Below, piece after piece: positions 18,051-25,306 of a stretch of DNA of 64,000 nucleotides. Origin of the DNA: Acidobacteriota bacterium. Lineage in GTDB: Bacteria; Acidobacteriota; Thermoanaerobaculia; Multivoradales; J023. A program made the position numbers and the translations under genes. The stretch's first letter is position 1. Each line of letters opens with the position of its first letter. The notes under the pieces were generated by a model. That model was not told the DNA's origin. It saw only the letters and a program-made list of their open reading frames with translations, and made no database searches. The stretch is taken from the NCBI GenBank assembly GCA_029263315.1, contig JAJCXR010000055.1, positions 124,195-188,194 of the forward strand, written 5' to 3'.

Positions 18051-18473
18051 ATGCGTGCCCTCGGCCAACATCTTCTGCTCGACCTCTGGGGGGTCGGCTC
18101 CCTGCTCGACGATGCGGAGGCCTTGCGCCTCCATTTGGAGGCGGCAGCCAGGGCCGGTGGAGCGACGGTGGTGGAGTCCCGCTTCCATCGGTTTACACCC
18201 CAGGGGGTGAGCGGCGTGGTTATCCTAGCGGAGAGCCATCTCGCCCTGCATACGTGGCCCGAGAACGATTTTGCGGCTGTGGATGTCTTCACCTGCGGCG
18301 ATCCCGAGCTGACACGTGCCGTGGCCGATGAGGTGGTGGCTCGTTTGTCACCTCTGGTGCACCAGGTACGCCGCTTCGAGCGCGGCTCTCCGCTGGCCGT
18401 GAAGCGCGAGAGACCTGAGACGCCCAAGAGACCTGTGACGCTCAAGAAACCTGTGACGGCAGAGAACCACTAG
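18051..18473 (+). CDS. speH: S-adenosylmethionine decarboxylase proenzyme, small bacterial/archaeal pyruvoyl type
   Basis: Signature autoprocessing motif VVILAESHLALHTWPE (about nt 18222-18263) and FTCGD. Start taken at the internal Met MRALGQHLLLDLWG (18051). The ORF is open from 17895 but overlaps the permease. Confidence 0.8.
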   Translation: MRALGQHLLLDLWGVGSLLDDAEALRLHLEAAARAGGATVVESRFHRFTPQGVSGVVILAESHLALHTWPENDFAAVDVFTCGDPELTRAVADEVVARLSPLVHQVRRFERGSPLAVKRERPETPKRPVTLKKPVTAENH

Positions 18474-18476
18474 GCG

Positions 18477-19118
18477 ATGCAAGGCCCACCTCCCCCGCGC
18501 ACCATCGCGTGCCCGTCCTGTGGTGCATCGCGCACCCTGCACAATCCCGGCTTGGCCATGTTCGTCTGTGAGTACTGCTCCAGCGCCGTCTACTGGGACG
18601 ACGAGAAAGTACGGGCCGCCGGCCAGACAGCCGTCCTCAGTGAGGGTTGCTCGCGGCTCTATCGCGGCGCCGTGGGGAGTTTTCACAGCAAGCGTTTCCG
18701 TGTCCTCGGCCGAGTGCGCTACGGCTTCGCCGACGGATTCCTGGACGAATGGTTCCTCGAGCTGGACGACGGCTCCACCTGCTGGATGAGCGAAGATCAG
18801 CATCAGCTGGCGGTGCAAAGGCGCATCGAGCTCGAAGCTCTGCGGGCCTTCGAGCACTATGCCGTCGGCATGGAGATCGCAGCCCGCGACAGTCGTTTCA
18901 TGGTGCAGGAGATCGGCCACCTGACCTGCCTGGGGCTCGAAGGGGAGCTGCCGAAGGCCATCGAGGTGGGAGAGACCTACCCTTATGTCGACGCCACCAG
19001 CCTGGAGGGGCGCTATGCCCTGGGCATTGAATTCGACGACGATCCGCCATCGGTATTCCTCGGCCGTTGGTTGGGCAACAGCGAAGTGAAGCTCGACGAC
19101 GAAGGGGAAGTCTGGTGA
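18477..19118 (+). CDS. DUF4178-family protein with an N-terminal zinc ribbon
   Basis: CPSCGASRTLHNPGLAMFVCEYCSSAVYWD is a Cys4 ribbon. It is followed by the ~150-aa beta-rich region characteristic of DUF4178 proteins. Placed 4 bp after the speH stop. Confidence 0.55.
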   Translation: MQGPPPPRTIACPSCGASRTLHNPGLAMFVCEYCSSAVYWDDEKVRAAGQTAVLSEGCSRLYRGAVGSFHSKRFRVLGRVRYGFADGFLDEWFLELDDGSTCWMSEDQHQLAVQRRIELEALRAFEHYAVGMEIAARDSRFMVQEIGHLTCLGLEGELPKAIEVGETYPYVDATSLEGRYALGIEFDDDPPSVFLGRWLGNSEVKLDDEGEVW

Positions 19119-20431
19119 CTTCGTCGTCCTTTGCTGCCGGTGCCGGCCGTGCCCGCCCAGCCTACCAACCCAGGCGGTCGGCTTGCCCCCATTGTGGTGC
19201 CCCGCTGGACCTCAAAGACGAAAACAGCCGCATGGTGGTCTGCGGTTCCTGTGGCAGCCACCTACAAGCAGACGCCGGGGTCTCCGAGGTGGAGCTGCGA
19301 GTGCTGTCGCAGCAGGCCATCGCTCAGCCGCACGGTTTTGTCTTGGAGATCGGCGATTCCTTTGTCCACGAGAAAGCCCGTTACGAGGTCATCGGGCGGT
19401 TGGCCATCGGCGACGCCGAAGAGCCCCATGGCGAGCCGACGCTGCAGTATTTGCTCTTCAATCCCCGGCGCGGCACCCTGTGGTTGAGCTCCTACCTAGG
19501 GCATTGGGATCTGTCCGAGACCTGGCGTGTCTTGCCGGCGGGTGAGCCCAGGGCGTTGCGCAAGGGCGACGCCATGAAGAGCCATGACGGGCGCTCCTGG
19601 CTGCTGGTGGAGCAGGGGACCTCGGTGATCCGCTACGTCGATGGGGCCTTGCCTTGGGTGGCACACATCGGGGACCGCTCCGACTATGTTGAGCTAGCCG
19701 CCGCCGACGGCAGCGGTGAGCTCTATGAGGTGGAATACCGTCAAGGGGAGATGGAGGTGGGGCGGGGCCGCTGGTTGTCGGTGGCGGATGTGGCCCAAGC
19801 CACCGGCAAAGAGATCGCCAAACCCCAGGTTCGGCGGGAGAACGTCGCCCAGGTTCTGAAGACCTACAACGGCATGCTGTGGATCGCCGGATTGATTCTG
19901 GTGGTCAATATCGTCTTCGCATTGATGACCCTCAGCCTCGGTGATCGGGTGCTGGACCAACGGCTGGATACCGAAGCCCTGCGCGGCGAGGTGTTGACCG
20001 AGCCGTTCAACGTCGCCTCGCCGGGCAACGTCATCGACGTTTCCTTCGAGGCCCCCTTGGACAACGCCTGGATGAGCATCGACTGGGCGGTGGTGCGGGG
20101 CGACGAAGAAGTCATCCATGTCGACGACGGCGATCTCGAGTACTACCATGGCGTCGAGGGGGGCGAAAGCTGGAGCGAGGGCAGCCGTTCGAGCACATCG
20201 TACCTGCGCATCGACGAGGCGGGGAGCTACCGCTTGCTGGTACGGGCGGTCAGCGCCCGAGGGGAAGCGGTCGAAGCCCAGCCCAGTCAGGTGCCCGTGC
20301 GGGTCAAAGTCATCGACGGGGCGCGGCCGCCGTGGTTCGCCCTGCTGGCCTTGGGGGCCAGCGTCCTAGCCTTCATCATGGTGGCGGTGCTTCGCCATCA
20401 GTGGAAAACCGGCGACGAGGAGGACGACTGA
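19067..20431 (+). CDS. Second DUF4178-like protein with N-terminal zinc ribbon, two TM helices and an extracytoplasmic domain
   Basis: Zinc ribbon CPHCGAPLDLKDENSRMVVCGSCGSHL. Its domain is paralogous to the preceding gene (HGFVLEIGDSF..ARYEVIGR). TM helices MLWIAGLILVVNIVFALMTL and WFALLALGASVLAFIMVAVL. The start could be ATG 19067 or GTG 19115. Confidence 0.55.
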   Translation: MVGQQRSEARRRRGSLVTSSSFAAGAGRARPAYQPRRSACPHCGAPLDLKDENSRMVVCGSCGSHLQADAGVSEVELRVLSQQAIAQPHGFVLEIGDSFVHEKARYEVIGRLAIGDAEEPHGEPTLQYLLFNPRRGTLWLSSYLGHWDLSETWRVLPAGEPRALRKGDAMKSHDGRSWLLVEQGTSVIRYVDGALPWVAHIGDRSDYVELAAADGSGELYEVEYRQGEMEVGRGRWLSVADVAQATGKEIAKPQVRRENVAQVLKTYNGMLWIAGLILVVNIVFALMTLSLGDRVLDQRLDTEALRGEVLTEPFNVASPGNVIDVSFEAPLDNAWMSIDWAVVRGDEEVIHVDDGDLEYYHGVEGGESWSEGSRSSTSYLRIDEAGSYRLLVRAVSARGEAVEAQPSQVPVRVKVIDGARPPWFALLALGASVLAFIMVAVLRHQWKTGDEEDD

Positions 20432-20629
20432 ATGTTCAAACGATTGTTATTGGCTGTGCTGTTGGGTGGAGGCTCTCTGTTGGCCATGGCGGCCACCTTC
20501 CTCAATGTCGGCGTGGCCCGTGCTGAGGAACCCCAAGGCGTTCAGTTGCGCCAGGAAAGCGCCCGCGGCGGCGCCTTTTTCACCACCTACCGCAGCCACC
20601 GTGGGGGTGGTCTCCGCGGCGGTAAATGA
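20432..20629 (+). CDS. Small secreted Gly-rich protein (65 aa)
   Basis: Its ATG directly abuts the previous gene's TGA (ctgaATG). Signal peptide MFKRLLLAVLLGGGSLLAMAATFLNVGVARA. An RBS-like GAGGA for the next gene overlaps its stop. Confidence 0.4.
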   Translation: MFKRLLLAVLLGGGSLLAMAATFLNVGVARAEEPQGVQLRQESARGGAFFTTYRSHRGGGLRGGK

Positions 20630-20639
20630 GGATGGAACG

Positions 20640-20852
20640 ATGAGCAACGATCCCGTATGGACCTTGATTTCGACGCTTTTCTACGCTGGGCTCGGCGTGG
20701 TTTTTTTCGGTTTTTCTTTTTGGGTGGTGACGATGATCGCCCCCTTCTCGGTACGTAAGGAGATCGAAGAGGATCAGAACATCGCCTTGGCCATCATCCT
20801 GGGCGCGGTGTTCATCGGCTTGTCGATCATCATCGCCGCCGCCATCACTTGA
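20640..20852 (+). CDS. DUF350-family small membrane protein (YjfL-like)
   Basis: 70-aa two-TM protein MSNDPVWTLISTLFYAGLGVVFFGFSFWVVTMIAPFSVRKEIEEDQNIALAIILGAVFIGLSIIIAAAIT. This is the DUF350 pattern (TM, ..R.EI..DN.A.AI.., TM). Confidence 0.6.
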   Translation: MSNDPVWTLISTLFYAGLGVVFFGFSFWVVTMIAPFSVRKEIEEDQNIALAIILGAVFIGLSIIIAAAIT

Positions 20853-22507
20853 CGGAACCCCCGATGCAGACATCGAGCGATCGACGGACGGCCGCGGCGC
20901 CTACGAGTCCGGTCGCTCAAGTCTTACTGCTGGCCTCGGTGTTTGCCGTGGCCACTTGCGGTTTGGTCTATCAGCTGGTGGCGGGGGCCATTTCCAGCTA
21001 CCTCTTCGGCGACGCGGTCACCCAGTTCTCCCTGGTGATCGGCGTCTTCCTCAGCGCCATGGGGGTGGGCTCGTACTTCTCCCAGTTCATCCGTCGCAAC
21101 CTGCTGGCGACGTTTGTCGAGCTGGAGATTTGGATCGGCCTGGTGGGCGGTACAAGCTCCCTGGCCATGTTCGCCGTCAGCGCCTACGCCGACCAGGTCT
21201 TTGCCCCCTTCTTCTACAGCCTGTGCGGCCTGATCGGCATCATGGTGGGTCTGGAGATCCCGCTGCTGGTACGTATCCTCGGCTCCGGCCGCGGTGCTGA
21301 AGCCACCGCCAGTGCCGCGGTTGCCGATGCCGACAACCTCGCGACCGACGGCGACCAGCCGCTGAGGGACCGTGCCCTCAGCCAAGTCCTGGCCCTCGAC
21401 TACATCGGCGCCCTGGCCGGTTCCCTGGCTTTTCCGTTCTTCGCCTTGCCTTGGTTTGGCCTCAGCCGGGCCTCGGTGGTCTTCGGCATCATGAACCTGG
21501 CGGTGGCCGCCGCCGGCCTGGCGTTGGTGCCTGGGCGTCGAGTCTGGCAAGGCCTGCGGTGGGGCGCCGCGGTCACCCTCTTGGCGGTCACCTTCTTTTA
21601 CTCCGCGGCGTGGATCGGTTTCCTGGAAGATCGCCTCTACCAGGATCAAATCCTCCTCACCCGCGATACTCCCTACCAGCGCATCGTCGTCACCCGCTGG
21701 CGCGACGATGTCCGGCTCTTCCTCAACGGCCACCTGCAATTCAGCTCCGTCGACGAGGCGCGCTATCACGAGAGCTTGGTGGTGCCGATCATGGCGGCCA
21801 CCGCTGCGAAGCAGGTGCTGATCCTCGGCGGCGGCGACGGCCTAGCGGTACGAGAGCTGCTCAAGTTCCCGTCGGTGGAGAGCATCACCTTAGTCGATAT
21901 CGACCCGGAGATGACTCGGTTGGCGGCTAGCCGTCCCGAGCTCAACGCGCTCAATGACGGTGCCCTCGAATCGCCGAAGCTGAGTATCGTCCACCAGGAC
22001 GCCATGCGCTTTCTTCAAGAGGATGCCGGCTTCTACCAGGCCATCCTCATCGACCTGCCCGATCCGTCGACCTTGACTCTAGCCAAGCTCTACTCCCAGT
22101 CCTTTTATGCCCTGGTCATGCGGCGCCTGTCCGAAGATGGCGTTCTGGTGACCCAGGCCACCTCGCCGTACTTCGCCCGGCAGGCCTTTTGGTGTGTCGT
22201 CACCACCCTGGAATCGGTCACCACCGACGCTGAAGAGGCAGCTGGTTTGCCGGTTGTCCAAACCTACCCCTACCGCGTCCACGTGCCCAGCTTCGGTGAG
22301 TGGGGGTTCGTCATGGCCGGCAAGCGCCCGGTGGCCATCGAAGCGTTGCGCGTCCAAGTACCCACCCGCTTCCTCGAAGACGCCGTGCTGCCCGGTCTCT
22401 TTGTCTTCGGCAAAGATATCCAGCGGCAAGAAGCGGAGGTCAACCGGCTGGATCATCCGGTGTTGCATCGGTATTACCAGCGGGGTTGGCAGACATATAA
22501 CGAGTAG
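20849..22507 (+). CDS. Membrane-anchored polyamine aminopropyltransferase (spermidine/spermine synthase-like) fused to an N-terminal multi-TM domain
   Basis: About 7 predicted TM helices in the first ~230 aa. The C-terminal catalytic domain carries VLILGGGDGLAVRELLKF (SAM/dcSAM-binding glycine loop), VDIDPEM and ILIDLPDPST. Its TTG start overlaps the DUF350 stop; an alternative ATG lies at 20864. Confidence 0.85.
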   Translation: MTEPPMQTSSDRRTAAAPTSPVAQVLLLASVFAVATCGLVYQLVAGAISSYLFGDAVTQFSLVIGVFLSAMGVGSYFSQFIRRNLLATFVELEIWIGLVGGTSSLAMFAVSAYADQVFAPFFYSLCGLIGIMVGLEIPLLVRILGSGRGAEATASAAVADADNLATDGDQPLRDRALSQVLALDYIGALAGSLAFPFFALPWFGLSRASVVFGIMNLAVAAAGLALVPGRRVWQGLRWGAAVTLLAVTFFYSAAWIGFLEDRLYQDQILLTRDTPYQRIVVTRWRDDVRLFLNGHLQFSSVDEARYHESLVVPIMAATAAKQVLILGGGDGLAVRELLKFPSVESITLVDIDPEMTRLAASRPELNALNDGALESPKLSIVHQDAMRFLQEDAGFYQAILIDLPDPSTLTLAKLYSQSFYALVMRRLSEDGVLVTQATSPYFARQAFWCVVTTLESVTTDAEEAAGLPVVQTYPYRVHVPSFGEWGFVMAGKRPVAIEALRVQVPTRFLEDAVLPGLFVFGKDIQRQEAEVNRLDHPVLHRYYQRGWQTYNE

Positions 22508-22691
22508 GGGTGTCGATGATCGAGAAGCTCACTGGAGCTATCTCGAAGAGGCGCAGCCGATTCTCGATATGTGGGCGTGCGACCGTTGTGTTTCCATGAC
22601 CTTGCGGCTCAGACAGCGCTCCGTCCGTGCTCGCTCGGAGGGCCTCCCGCTGGCACCAATTTCGGTAGAACTGAATGGACACCAACTAGAA

Positions 22692-22985
22692 CTAAGCGGC
22701 GTCGAGCTCAACCTCTTGAACCTCAGACAGGTCTATTGCCTTTCTAGCTCGATAGAGATCGTAGCTATGCTGCATCGCGAGCCAGCTCTCGGGAGACCGC
22801 CCAAGGGCCTTGGACAAACGCAGTGCCATTTCCGGGCTGATCCCACTGCGCTGGCCAATGACGCGTGCGAGCGTCGAGGGGGATATACCCAAACTTCGGG
22901 CCAACGAACGGATGCTCAAGCCGAACGGCACGATGTAGGTGGCTCGGATGAATTCTCCGGGGTGTGGGGGATTGTGCATGACCAT
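22692..22985 (-). CDS. higA: HigA-type antitoxin (XRE-family HTH)
   Basis: MVMHNPPHPGEFIRATYIVPFGLSIRSLARSLGISPSTLARVIGQRSGISPEMALRLSKALGRSPESWLAMQ is the conserved HigA/VapI antidote HTH. Confidence 0.75.
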   Translation of the reverse strand: MVMHNPPHPGEFIRATYIVPFGLSIRSLARSLGISPSTLARVIGQRSGISPEMALRLSKALGRSPESWLAMQHSYDLYRARKAIDLSEVQEVELDAA

Positions 22986-23054
22986 CAGTGATAATCCTCG
23001 TAGTCCAAGATGTGGACGTTACCATCCTTGAGCTGACGGCTCTCTGGCCTCGGC
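22986..23054 (-). pseudogene. higB: Relic of a HigB-type toxin gene (C-terminal ~24 codons only)
   Basis: The frame ending TGA (overlapping the higA ATG as TGATG) encodes ...KDGNVHILDYEDYH*. This matches the conserved C-terminus of Rts1-type HigB toxins (...NGDAYILNYEDYH). No start codon and no room for the N-terminal ~70 residues: the M20 peptidase stop is at 23055. Confidence 0.5.
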
Positions 23055-24389
23055 TCATTGAACCGGCATCAACTCCTTGAGCGCGATTACCGTTGCCACC
23101 ACACCGCTGCGCACGGAGGGCTCGGGCGAGATCTCGAAGAGCGGCGAATGGTGGGAGGGCACGGGTTTGCCCCCCGCGGCCTCTTCGTCAAAACGCTCCT
23201 TGGGAGTGCCGCCGATGGCGAAATAAGCGCTGGGAATGTACGGATCCGTGGTCAGGAAGCCAAAGTCTTCAGCGCCCATGCCTTGGCGCTCGTGGTCGGC
23301 AAAGACCCCATCGCCGAGCTCAGCGCGCCAACGACTGCTGATCCGCTTGACCAGGGATACATCATTGACGGTGACGGGAACCCCGCCCCGCAGCTCAACC
23401 CGCGGCAGCCGATCCTCCGGCAGACCCGCGGCGCGGCCGGTGTTGACGGCGATACGCTCGATGCCTTCGAGCAGGGTCTGTCTCGTTTTTGTAGAGTCGG
23501 AGCGCACGGTTAGCTCGAGCACCGCCTCTTCGCCGATGATATTTCTCTTGTTACCGGCGCGAAAGACACCGACCGTGACCACCCCCGGTTCTCTGGGGTC
23601 GAGCTCCCGCGACACCAGCTGCTGAAGCGCCACGACGATCTGTGAGCCGATGAGAATCGGATCTTTGCCGCGATGGGGACTGGCCCCATGGGCACCGATG
23701 CCCGGAACGATGATGTCGACGCTGTCGGCCCCTGAGTAGGCGGCGCTCTCGGCGACAAAGATCTTTCCGGCTTCGATGGCCGCGGCCACATGAAAGGCCA
23801 GGGCAAAGTCGGGCTGGCCGAAGCGTTTCCAGAGATCGTCTTGGTGCATTGCCTGGGCGCCGGAAATCTTCCACTCTTCTGCCGGCTGTCCGATCAACAT
23901 GAGCGTGCCGGACCAGGAGCCCTTCTCGGCGGCCATGCGGCGGGCCGTGCCCACCAGTGACGTGATGTGCACATCGTGGCCGCAGGCATGCATCACCGGA
24001 AATTCCTGGCCGTCGTCGTTGACCTGCGTCGCTTGGGAGGCGTAGGGCAGACCCGAGAGCTCCTTGACCGGCAGGCCATCCATGTCGGCCCGCATCATCA
24101 CCAGGGGCCCAGGCCCGTTCTCCATTATGGCCACGATACCCGTGCGTCCCACCTTCTCAGTGACCTCGAAACCGGCGCTACGCAGCTCCGCCGCCAGCCG
24201 TGAAGCGGTCTTGTGCTCGACAAAAGAGTGCTCCGGGTTGGCGTGAAAGTGCTTGAAGAGGGTGCCCAGATGGGCGTCGTAGTCGGCTTTCACCGCCGCG
24301 ATCAGCTCGTCGTTGGCTGATGCCAGGGACGGTAGCCCGACAAGAGCTATCAGGGTGAGGGAAATCATCAGGCGTTGCATCATCGGCAC
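23055..24389 (-). CDS. M20D-family amidohydrolase/peptidase (aminoacylase / hippurate hydrolase-like), secreted
   Basis: Signal peptide MPMMQRLMISLTLIALVGLPSLASA. Metal-binding motif MHACGHDVH and the M20 dimerisation-domain pattern. Confidence 0.85.
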   Translation of the reverse strand: MPMMQRLMISLTLIALVGLPSLASANDELIAAVKADYDAHLGTLFKHFHANPEHSFVEHKTASRLAAELRSAGFEVTEKVGRTGIVAIMENGPGPLVMMRADMDGLPVKELSGLPYASQATQVNDDGQEFPVMHACGHDVHITSLVGTARRMAAEKGSWSGTLMLIGQPAEEWKISGAQAMHQDDLWKRFGQPDFALAFHVAAAIEAGKIFVAESAAYSGADSVDIIVPGIGAHGASPHRGKDPILIGSQIVVALQQLVSRELDPREPGVVTVGVFRAGNKRNIIGEEAVLELTVRSDSTKTRQTLLEGIERIAVNTGRAAGLPEDRLPRVELRGGVPVTVNDVSLVKRISSRWRAELGDGVFADHERQGMGAEDFGFLTTDPYIPSAYFAIGGTPKERFDEEAAGGKPVPSHHSPLFEISPEPSVRSGVVATVIALKELMPVQ

Positions 24390-24536
24390 CTCAAGGTCGT
24401 GGAGTTGGCAGCAGATCCAAGTTGCGACCCTGAGTCAAAAGCGCCCGCGGTCGTACACTTTTGGCCGGATCGTTCAATTTGTGGGAGCTCAGAAGCCTCA
24501 GTTGATTGGAGGATAGCAGCGATCGAATCATGAAGA

Positions 24537-24980
24537 TTACGGCTGGGGTGGGACGATCGGCGCCTCGGCCTGGGCCAGTGCAGCCAAGAGCTCTCTTGGC
24601 ACATAGACGGCAAGGGCGCCGGCCGCGAAGCCGCTAGGATCCCGGGTCACCACCGCTTCCACTCCAGCCTCACGGCCAGCCTCGTGCAGCACTGCGTCAT
24701 CGAAATCTTTGATTCCCGTCAACAGGGCCGATTCCAGGACGCTTCGAGTTACGGGAGCAATCTCGAAGAGCCGAAGCAGATCCTCTAGGAATGTGCAAGC
24801 TGCCGTCGGATTTCGTGCACGGGCCGCAACATAGTGAATCGTCGTCAAGGTCGTTGCGCCGAGGACCCCTGTCAACTCACCTCGCTCTACTAGGTCGATC
24901 AGCTCGGCGGCGCTGTCCGACCACGGTGCTCTGTCCAAGAGAAGATCCAAGACAAGGTTGGTATCAAAGAGAATCTTCAA
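24537..24980 (-). CDS. vapC: PIN-domain ribonuclease toxin (VapC-like)
   Basis: MKILFDTNLVLDLLLDR... with the conserved acidic residues of the PIN fold. Overlaps the upstream antitoxin by 4 bp. Confidence 0.75.
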   Translation of the reverse strand: MKILFDTNLVLDLLLDRAPWSDSAAELIDLVERGELTGVLGATTLTTIHYVAARARNPTAACTFLEDLLRLFEIAPVTRSVLESALLTGIKDFDDAVLHEAGREAGVEAVVTRDPSGFAAGALAVYVPRELLAALAQAEAPIVPPQP

Positions 24981-25216
24981 AGGTGTTTGTCCAACAGGTG
25001 ATTTCGATAGTCGTCCTCATCGATATTCACCCCCGACAGAGTTCCTCGCAACCTCCTGACGATCGGTGACAGCTCTTTTCGAGGCTCGCGAGGGGCTGTC
25101 AGGGCAATGAAGTAGTCTTCGACCAGGCGCGACACCGGCTTGCCGACTTTCCGAGAATAGGACTTGGCACGGTGGATGACGTTTTCATCGAGGCGTAGAG
25201 TTAGCTTCGTATTCAT
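24977..25216 (-). CDS. Putative VapB-type antitoxin (79 aa)
   Basis: MNTKLTLRLDENVIHRAKSYSRKVGKPVSRLVEDYF is a CopG/RHH-like antitoxin N-terminus. Start at the internal Met (25216); the ORF is open to 25255. Confidence 0.5.
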   Translation of the reverse strand: MNTKLTLRLDENVIHRAKSYSRKVGKPVSRLVEDYFIALTAPREPRKELSPIVRRLRGTLSGVNIDEDDYRNHLLDKHL

Positions 25217-25306
25217 CTGCTGAGCCCCCTGTGATGTTGACGTACAGTCTACCATGACAGTGCCGTGCAGCGCCCTGGGTCCTGGAGCCTTTTGACAGGT
25301 GCTTTT

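Noticed and set aside
22194-22991. 265-aa plus-strand ORF spanning the SpeE 3' end, the intergenic region and higA antisense
   Set aside because: Overlaps two well-supported genes out of frame or antisense. Ser/Arg-rich, no motifs.
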